A stretch of 64,000 nucleotides of DNA from the human T2T-CHM13v2.0 reference genome, Homo sapiens: the NCBI RefSeq assembly GCF_009914755.1, contig NC_060933.1; one strand, written 5' to 3'. Below, in pieces: positions 54,885 through 64,000 of this stretch (its first letter is position 1; each line of letters opens with the position of its first letter). The notes beneath the pieces are model-generated. The model was not told the DNA's origin, did no database searches, and saw only the letters and a program-made list of their open reading frames with translations. The translations under genes and the position numbers were made by a program.

Positions 54885-57800
54885 TCCTTTCCTTTCCATT
54901 CCGTCCCTTTCCATTCCATTCCAGTCGATTCCATTGCATTTCATTCCATTCCATTCTTTTCCATTCCACTCGGTTGAATCCATTCCATTCCATTCCATTC
55001 CTTTCCATTCCATTCCACTCGGGTTAATTCCATTCCATTCCATTCCTTTCCATTCCATTCCTTTCTCTCGGGTTGATTCCATTCCATTTCATTCCATTCC
55101 ATTCCATTTGCGTTGATTCCATTCACTTACATTCCAATATATTCCATTCCATTATATTTCATTCCCATTCTTTCCAATCGATTCCACTCTGGAAATTTCT
55201 ATTCCATTCCATTCCATTCTATTCCATTCCATTCCATTCCGCTGCGGTTCATTCCATTCCATTCAGTTCCATTCCATTCCATTCCATTCCATTCCATTCC
55301 ATTCCACGCAGTTTGATTCTATTCCTTACCATTCCATTCCATTCCATGCCATTCAATTCCATTGCATGCCACTTGGAGTGACTCCATTCCATTCCATTCC
55401 ATTCCATTCCATTCCATTCCATTCCATTCCATTCCATTCCATTGCACTCATGTTGATTCCACTCCATTCTATTCCATTCAATTCTTTTCCCTTCCATTCC
55501 ATTCTGGTTGATTCCTTCCCATTCCATTAAATTTCATTCCATTCCATTCCATTCCATTTCATTCTATTCCTTTCCATTCCATTCCATTCCATTCCACTAG
55601 GTTGGATACCATTCCATTCCAATCCATTCGTGTAGTTTCCATTCCTTTCCATTCCATTCCATTCCATTCTATTCCATTATATTCCACTCATTTCCATTCC
55701 ACTCTAGTTGATTCCATTCCATTCCAATCCATTGCTTTCCATTCCATTCCATTCCACTCCCTTCCCTTCGGATTGATTCTGTTCCAATCCATTATATTCC
55801 ACTCCATTGCATTCCATTCTATTCCATTCCATTCCATTCCATTCCATTAAAGTTTATTCCATTCCATCCTATTCCATTTGATTCCTTTGCATTGCATTCC
55901 TCTCATGTTGATTACATTCCATTCCATTCCTGTCCATTCCATTCCATTCCATTCCAATCCATTCCATTCTACTCGGGTTGATTCCATTCCATTTTATTTC
56001 TTTCCAGTCCTTCCATTCCATTTCACTCCATTCCATTCCATTCCAATCCAGTTGATTCCATTCCATTCAATTCCATTCCATTGCATTCCATTCCATTCCA
56101 TCCCATTCCATTCCATTTCATTCAGGTTGATTCCTTTCCATTCCATTCCATTCTACTCCATTCCATTCCATTCCATTCTACTCCATTCCATTCCATTCCA
56201 TTCTATTCCACTGTGGTTGATTCCATTCCATTCCATTCCATTCCATTCCATTCCATTCCTTTCCATTCCATTCACTTCCACTGGGGTTGATTGTTTTCCA
56301 TTCCAATTCAATTCATTCCACTAGGTTTTAATCCATTCTTTTCCATTACATTCCATTCCATGCCATTCTATTCCATTCCCTTCCATTCCACTCGGATCGA
56401 TTGCATTCCATTCCATTCCATTTCCTTCCATTCCATTCCATTCCATTACATTACATTACACTCAGGTTGATTCTAGGCCATTCCATTCCATTCTTTTCCA
56501 TTCTATTGTATTCGATTCCATTCAATTCCATTCCACTGGGATTGTATCCATTCCATTCCATTCCATTTCCTTCCATTCCGCTGTATTCCATTCCAGTTTA
56601 TTCCCTTCCATTCCATTCGATTCCATTCCATTCCATTCCATTCCATTCCTTTCCATACCACTCCACTCGGATTGATTCCTCTTCTTTCCATTCCATTCCA
56701 GTTGTTTCCATTCCATTCCATTCCATTCCATTCCATTCCATTCCATTCCATTCTACTCTTTTTGATTCCAATCCATTGAATTCATTTCCATTAATTTCCG
56801 TTACGTTCCATTCCACTCGGTTTGATTCCATTGCAATGCATTCCATTCCATTCCATTGCATTCCAATCCATTCCACTCCATTCCGTTCCACTTGAGTTGA
56901 TGTCATTCTATTCATTTCCATTACATTCCATTCGATTCCATTCCTTCATTTCCTATCGTGTTGATTCCATTCCATTCCATTCCATTTCATTTCATTCCAT
57001 TCCATTCCATTCCACTTAATTCCATTCCATTCCATTCCAGTCCAGTCCATTCCATTCACTTCCATTCCATTCCATTACTTTCCGTTACATTCCGCTCGGG
57101 TTGATTCCATGCCATTCCATTCCATTCTATTGCATTGTATTATGTTCCATTCAATTCCATTCCATTCCACTCAGGTTGATTCCATTCCATTGCATTCCAT
57201 TCCATTCCATTCCAGTTGATTCCCTTCCTTTCCATTCGATTCCATTCCATTTCATTCCACTCTATTCCATTCCAGTTGGGTTGATTCCGTTCCATTCCAT
57301 TCCATTCCATTCCGTTCCATTCCAATCCTTTCCATTCCATTTCATTCCATTTCACTCTTGTTGATTCCACTCCATTCCATTCCATTCCATTCCATTCCAT
57401 TCCATTGCATTCTATCCCATTCCACTCGGTTTGATTCCATTCCATTCCGTTCCATTCCATTCCATTCCAATCCTTTCCATTCCATTCCATTCCTGTTGGG
57501 TTCATTTCATTCCATTACATCCCATTCCATTCCACTCGATTTGATTCCATTCCTTTCTATTTCATTCCATTCCATTCCATTCCACTCGGGTTGATTTCAC
57601 TCCGTTTCATTCCATTCAATTCCCTTCCAGTTGATTTAATTCCATTCCTTTACATTCAAATCAATTCCATTACAGTTGATTCCATTGCCTTCCTTTACAT
57701 TCCATTCCATTCCACTCCATTCCACTCTCCATTCCACTCTGGTTGATTCCATTCCATTCCATTCCATTCCATTCCATTCCATTCCAACACCAGTGGAATG

Positions 57801-60228
57801 TAATTGATTGGAATGAAATGAACTGTAATTGAATGGAATGGAATCAACCCGAGTGGAATGGAAACGAATGGAATGGAATGGAAAGGGATGCGATGGAATG
57901 AACGCGAGTGGAATGGAATGGAGTGTAATGGAATAGAATGGAATGGAATTGAATGGATTGGAATGGAATGGAATAGAATGTAATTGAATGAAATGGAATG
58001 AAACCGAGTGGAATGGAAGACAATGGAAAGGGATGGGATGGAATAGAAACGAAGGGAATAGCATGGAATCATCCCAAGTGAAATGGAATGGAATAGCATG
58101 GGATGATCCACATGAATGCAATGGAAAGGAGTGGAATGGAAAGGAATGGAATGGAATGGAATGGAATGCAATAGAATGGAATAGAATGGAATGGAATGGC
58201 ATGGAATCAACCCGAGTGGAATGTAATGGAACGGAATGGAATACAAAGAATGGAATGGAATGAAATGGAATGGAATCAACCAGATTGGAAAGGAAAGGAA
58301 TGGAATCGAATGGAATTGAATGGAAAGGAAGAGAATGACATCAACCCAAGTGGAATGGAATGGAGTGGAATGGACTGGAATGGAAACGAATGGAATGGAA
58401 TCAAGCTGAGTGTAATGGAATGGAATAGAATGGAAAGGAATGGATCAGAATGGAATGGAATCAATCCGATTGGAATGGATTGGAATGGAATGGAATGGAA
58501 AAGAATGGAATGCATTGGAATGGAATCAACACGAGTGGAATGGAATGGAATGGAATTTAATGGTATTGAATTGAATGGAATGGAATCAACCCGAGTGGAA
58601 TGGAATGGAATGGAATGGAATGGAATGGAATGCAATGGAATGCAATGGAATGGAACGGAATCAACTCGAATGGAATGGTATAGCATGGAATGGAATGTTA
58701 TGGATTGTAATGGAATGTAGTGAATGGAAGGAAATGGAATGGAATGGAATTTAATCAATCCGAGGGGAATGGAAGGCAATGGAATTGAATGGCATGGAAT
58801 GGAATGCAAAGGAATGGAATCAAACCGAGTGCAATGGAAAGGAATGGAATGGAATGGCATGGAATGGAATGGAATGGAATGGAATGGAATAGAATGGAAA
58901 GGAATTGAATGGAATGGAATCAAACCCAGTGGAATTGAATTGAATGGAATTGAATGGAATGGAAAGAATCAATCCGAGTCGAATGGAATGGTATGGAATG
59001 GAATGGCATGGAATCAACAAGAGTATAAAAAAATGGAATGGAATGGAAGGGAATGGAATGGAATCGAATGGAATGCAATGGAATGGAATGGAATCTACCC
59101 AAAAGGAATGGAATTGAAGTGAATAGAATGGAGGGAAATGGAATGGAATGGAATGGTACGGAATGAAGGCGAGTGTAATGGAATGGAATGGAATGGAATG
59201 GAAGGGAATGGAATGGAATGGAATCAACCCGAGTGGAATGGAATGGAATGGACTGGAATTGAATTGGATGGAATGGAATCTACCCGAGTGGAATTCAGTC
59301 GAATGGAATGCAATGGAAGGGAATGTAATGGAATGGAATCAACCCGAGGGGAATGGAATGGAATACAATGGAATGCAGTAGAATGGAATGGAATGCAATC
59401 AACCAGAGTGGAATGGAATGCAATGGAATAGAAAGGAATGGAATAGGATGGAATAGAATGAACGCGAGTGGTATGGAATGGAAAGGAAAGGAATGGAATT
59501 GAATCAACCCGAGTGGAATGGAATGGGATGGAATGGAATGGAATGGAATGGAGTGTAATGGAATGGAATGGAGGGCAATGGAATGGAATGGAATGGAATG
59601 CAATCAACCCGAGTGGAATGGAATGGAATGGAATGGAATGGAATGGAATATAAACAAACCGAGGGGAATTGAATCGAATGTAACGGATTGGAATGGAATG
59701 GAATGGAATGGAATCAAACTGAGTGGAATGGAAGAGAATGGAATGGAGTGAAATGGAATGAAAAAAATGGAATGGCATGGAATGGAATGGAATGGAATCA
59801 ACCCTAATGGAATGGAATGGAATGGATTGCAATGGAATCAACAAGAATGGAATACTGTGGAATGGAAAGCAATGGTTTGGAATGGAAAGGAATGAAATGG
59901 AAGGGAATGGAATAGAATAAACACTACTGGAATGGAATGGAATGCAATTGAATGGAATGGAATTGAATGGAAATGAATGGAATGGAATCAACCCTAATGA
60001 AATGGTATGTAATGCAATAGAGTGGATTGGAAAGAAAAGGAATGAAATGGAATGGAATTGAATGGAATAAACACTAGTGTAATGGAAGGGAATGGAATGG
60101 AATGGAATGGAATGGAATGAAACAGAATGTAATGGAATGAAATTGAATAGAATGGAATGGAATGGAATCAATCCGAGTGGAATGGAATGGAATGGAATGC
60201 AATGCAATGGAATGGAAGGGAATGGAAT

Positions 60229-60298
60229 GGAATAGTATCCACCAGAGTGGAAACGATTGGAATGGAATATTTTCCTCCAGAGTGGAAACGATTGGAAT
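60229..60298 (+). repeat. 35-bp tandem duplication (2 copies, 3 mismatches) with an atypical core CCAGAGTGGAAACGATTGGAAT
   Basis: GGAATAGTATCCACCAGAGTGGAAACGATTGGAAT is followed directly by GGAATATTTTCCTCCAGAGTGGAAACGATTGGAAT. Confidence 0.88.
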
Positions 60299-61319
60299 AG
60301 AATGGAATGAATGTAATGGAATGGAATTTATTGGAATGTAATGGAACGGAATGAACCTGAGAGGAATGGAATGCAATGGAATGGAAAGCAATGGAATGGA
60401 ATGGAAAGGAATGCAATGTAATGGAGTGAAACAAAGTGGAATGGATTGGAATGGAATGCAATGGAATGACACAAAGTGGAATGGAATTTAATGGAATGGA
60501 ATAGAATGGAATGGAATGGAACGGAATGGAATGCTATGAACACGACTGGAATGGAATGGTATGGAATGGAATGGAGTGGAATGGAAGGGAATGGAATGGA
60601 ATCAACCCGAATGGAATGGAATGGAAAGCAATGGAATGTAATCAACCCGAATGGAATGGAATGGAATGGAATGGAATGGAATGGAATGGAATGGAATGGA
60701 AAGAACCAAAGTGGAATGGAATGGAATGGAATAGAATGGATTGGAATGGAATGGAATGGAACAGCATGGAATCAACCCGACTGGAATGGAGTGGATTGTA
60801 ATGGAATGTATTGGAAACAAATGGAATGTAATCAACCTGAATGTAAAGTAATGTAATATAACGTAATGCCATGGAATGGAAACGAATGGAATGGAATGTA
60901 ATGGAATGGAATCATCCCGAGAGGAATGGAGTGGAATGGAATAAAATGGAACTAAATGCATTGCAATCCAATGGAATGGAATGGATTGGAATGGAATGGA
61001 ATCAACTGCAATGGAATGGAATGGAATGGAATGGAATGGAATGGAATGGAATGGAAAGGAACGGAACAGAATTTAATGGAATGGAAAGGATTGGAATGGA
61101 ATAGAATGGAATCAACCCGAGTGGAATGGAATGGAATGGAATGGAATGGAATGGAATGGAATGGCATGGAATCAACCCGAGTGGAATCTAATGGAATGGA
61201 ATGGAATACAAAGGAATGGAATGGAATGAAATGGAAAGGAATCAACCAGATTGGAAAGGAAAGGAATGGAATGGAATGGAATGGAATGGATTGGAATAGA
61301 ATGGAATGGAATGGAATCA

Positions 61320-63960
61320 AGTGAATGGGATAGAAAAAATGGAATGGAATCAACCAGAGTGGGGTGGAATGGAATGGAAGGCAATGGAATGGAATGGAGT
61401 GGAATGGAACGGAATGGAATCAACTGAATGGATTGGAATGGAATGGAATGGAATGGAATGGAATGGGGTGGAATCAACCCTAATAGAATGGTGCGGAATG
61501 GAATGCAATCGATTGGAATGGAATAGAATGAAATTTTATGGAATGGAATAAACACGAGTGGAATGGAATGGAATGGAATGGAATGGAATGGAATGGAATG
61601 CAATCAACTCGAATTGAACGGAACGGAATGAAATGCAATGGAATTTAATTAACCCGATTGGAATGCAATGGAATGGAATGGAAAGAAATGGAATGGAATG
61701 GAATGGAATGGAATGGAATGGAATGGAATTGAATGGAATAGAATGGAATGGAATGGAAACTTCCCGAATTGAATGGAATGGAATGGAATGAACCCGATTG
61801 GAATGGAAGGGAATGAAATGGAATGGAATGGAAAGGAATCAACAAGAGTGGAAAGGTTTGGAATGTAATGGAAGGGAACAGAAAGTAATGGGTTAAATCA
61901 GAGTGGAATGGAATGGAATGGAAAGGAATGGAATGGAATGGAGTAAAATGGAATGGAATGGAATGGAATCAACCAGAGTGGAGTGGAATGGAATGGAATG
62001 GAATGGAATCAACTGAATGGAGTGGAATGGAATGGAATGGAATGGAATGGAATGGAATAGAATCCACCCGAATGGAATGGTACAGAATGGAACGCAATCG
62101 ATTGGAATGGAATGGAATGGAATGGAATGGAATGGAATCAACCCGAATGGAATTAAACGTAATGGAATGCAGTGGAATTTAATCAACCCGATTGAAAAGG
62201 AATGGAATGGAAAGGAGTGGAATGGAATGGAGACTAATGTAATGGAATGGAATGGAATGGAGGTGAATGGAACAGAATGGAATGGAGTCTACTCGAGTGG
62301 AATGGAATGGAATGGAATGGAATGGAATGGAATGGAATGAAACCAACTCGTGTGGAATGGAATGGAATGCAATTGAATGGAAAAGAATCAACCCTAGTGG
62401 AATGGAATGGAATAGAATGGAATGGAATGGAATGAACAAAATGAAATGTAATGGATTCAACTTGCATGGAATGGAATGGGATGGAATGGAATGGAATGGA
62501 ATGGAATGGAATGGAATGGAATGGAGTGGAGTGGAATGGAATGGAATGGAATGGAGTGGAGTGGAATGGAATGGAATGGAATGGAGCGGAATGGAATGGA
62601 ATGGAATGGGGTGGAATGGAATTGAATGGATCAACATGCATGCAATGGAATGGAATGGAATGGAATGGAATGGAATCAATCCGTGTTGAATGGAATGGAA
62701 TGGAATGGATTGGAATGGAATGGAATGGAATGGAATGGAATCTACCCGAATGCAATGGAATGGAAACAACACGAGTGGAATGGAATGGAATGGAAAGGAA
62801 TGGAATGCAACTGAATGGAATATACGCGAATGGAATGGAATGGAATGGAATGGAATGGAATGGAATGGAATCTACCCAAATGGAATGGAAGGGAATCGAA
62901 TGGAGTGGAATGGAATGAAATGGAATGGAATGGAATGCAATGAACCCGATTGGAATGGAAGGAAATGAAATTGAATGGAACGGAAAGGAATCAACACGAG
63001 TGGAAAGGAATGAAATGGAATGGAAGGGAACGGAAAGGAATGGAATCAACCAGAGTGGAATGGAAGGGAATAGAATGGAATGGAATGGAATGGAATAGAA
63101 TTGAATGAAATGGAATTCACTGAATGGAATAGAAAAAATGGAATGGAATCAACCAGTGTGGAGTGGAATGGAATGGAAAGCAATGGAATGGAATGGAGTG
63201 CAATGGAATGGAATGGAACCAACTGAATGGAATGGAATGGAATGGAATGGAATGGAATGGAGTGGAATGGAATGCAATCGATTGGAATGGAATGGAATCT
63301 ACCCGAATGGAATGGAATGGAATGGAATGGAATGGAATGGAATGGAATGGAATGGAATGCAATCGATTTGAATGGAATGGAATCTACCCGAATGGAATGG
63401 AATGGAATGGAATTGAATGGAATGGAATGGAATGGAATCTACCAAAATGGAATGGAATGGAATCGAATGGAGTGGAATGGAATGAAATGGAATGGAATGA
63501 ACCCGATTGCAATGGAAGGAAATGAAATTGAATGGAATGGAAAGGAATCAACATGAGTGGAAAGGAATGAAATGGAATTGAAGGGAACGGAAAGGAATGG
63601 AATCAACCAGAGTGGAACGGAAGGGAATAGAGTGGGATGGAATGGAATGGCATAGAATGGAATGGAATGGAATAAACTGAACGGAATAGAAAAAATGGAA
63701 TAGAATCAACCAGAGTGGAGTGGAATGGAATGGAAGGCAATGGAATGGAATGGAGTGGAATGGAATGGAGTGGAATTGAATGGAATGGAATCAACTGAAT
63801 GGAATGGAATGGAATGGAATGGAATGGAATGGAATGGAATGCAATCAAGCCTAATGGAATGGTGTGGAATGGAATGCAATCGATTGGAATGGAATGGAAT
63901 GAAATAGTATGGAATGGAATGGAATAAACACGAGTGGAATTGAATGGAATGGAATGGAAT
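61320..63960 (+). repeat. Diverged duplications in domain 3: ~557-bp period tandem (~62870-63830) plus a ~2.36-kb offset copy (~61320-61600 vs ~63680-63960)
   Basis: TAGAAAAAATGGAAT at ~61331, 63130 and 63687; GAACCCGATTG.AATGGAAGGAAATGAAATTG at 62942/63499; CCTAAT.GAATGGTG.GG...GCAATCGATTGG...TAAACACGAGT at ~61480 and ~63850. Confidence 0.8.
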
Positions 63961-64000
63961 GGAATGGAATGGAATGGAATGGAATGGAATGGGATGGAAT

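Larger units (their letters stand above)
36344..57785 (-). repeat. HSat3 domain 2, inverted block (~21.4 kb; ATTCC on + strand)
   Basis: The switch GGAAT|TTCCATTCC is at 36343/36344. Decamers appear as ACTCGGGTTG. The block ends at ...ATTCC|AACACCAGTGGAAT at about 57785/57786. Confidence 0.95.
1..64000. repeat. Classical satellite III (HSat3) heterochromatic array, (GGAAT/ATTCC)n
   Basis: Continuous diverged GGAAT pentamers with frequent CAACCCGAGT/CAACCCGAAT decamers, the established satellite III signature. The CATCATCGAATG-type units typical of HSat2 are not seen. No non-satellite interruption was seen. Confidence 0.97.
57786..64000 (+). repeat. HSat3 domain 3, GGAAT on + strand, more diverged
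   Basis: The G-rich pentamer resumes after 57785. Variant pentamers are denser by eye, and the domain-1 words TCGAGTGAACCTGAGT and GTGTAAAGGAATTGAATAG were not seen. Confidence 0.93.

Noticed and set aside
36344-57785. Inverted block as a sequencing or assembly fold-back artefact
   Set aside because: Such artefacts give near-perfect mirror images. Here only ~120 bp mirror and the rest of the block is distinct sequence. Read-level confirmation is still needed.
1-64000. Hundreds of ORFs on both strands (up to 439 aa) encoding WNGME or IPFHS repeats
   Set aside because: Pure (GGAAT)n has no stop codon in any frame and supplies ATG every 5 bp, so long overlapping ORFs are expected. There are no domains or gene structure. 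Poly-WNGME matches the pentapeptide described for the SCA31 (TGGAA)n expansion, but nothing here shows translation.
1-64000. CRISPR-like pattern of recurring CAACCCGAGT 'repeats' with intervening 'spacers'
   Set aside because: The intervening DNA is itself GGAAT satellite of irregular length, not unique spacers. There are no cas genes. This is the known satellite III decamer.
1-64000. Transposon (Alu/L1), telomeric, alpha-satellite, tRNA or rRNA sequence
   Set aside because: No stretch departs from the pentamer framework for more than a few tens of bases. There are no poly-A tails, TTAGGG arrays or 171-bp monomers.
1-64000. Assignment to a specific chromosome or subfamily (e.g. DYZ1, chr9 HSat3, acrocentric arms)
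   Set aside because: There is no homogeneous 3.5-kb or 1.8-kb periodicity across the window, and assignment needs alignment or k-mer classification that I cannot run.

Overview
The whole 64 kb is primate (human-type) classical satellite III / HSat3: diverged (GGAAT)n pentamers punctuated by CAACCCGAGT-type decamers. I see no credible protein-coding gene, RNA gene, transposon insertion, CRISPR array or unique-sequence island. All listed ORFs are translations of the pentamer (WNGME / IPFHS), and I found no novel gene system. The real structure is architectural. There are three orientation domains: GGAAT on + (1-36343), GGAAT on - (36344-57785) and GGAAT on + (57786-64000). A ~120-bp near-perfect inverted repeat brackets the first strand switch. 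A loose ~3.3-4.6 kb higher-order repeat, tagged by a 16-bp palindrome, covers ~3.3-17 kb. There are also a very recent 1,889-bp tandem duplication, nested ~4.2-kb and ~1.5-kb tandem duplications whose order can be inferred, many smaller duplications, and a change of satellite variant vocabulary at ~42.5 kb that does not coincide with either strand switch. Species, chromosome and HSat3 subfamily cannot be assigned from the sequence by eye. All alignments were done by eye, so mismatch counts are minimums.
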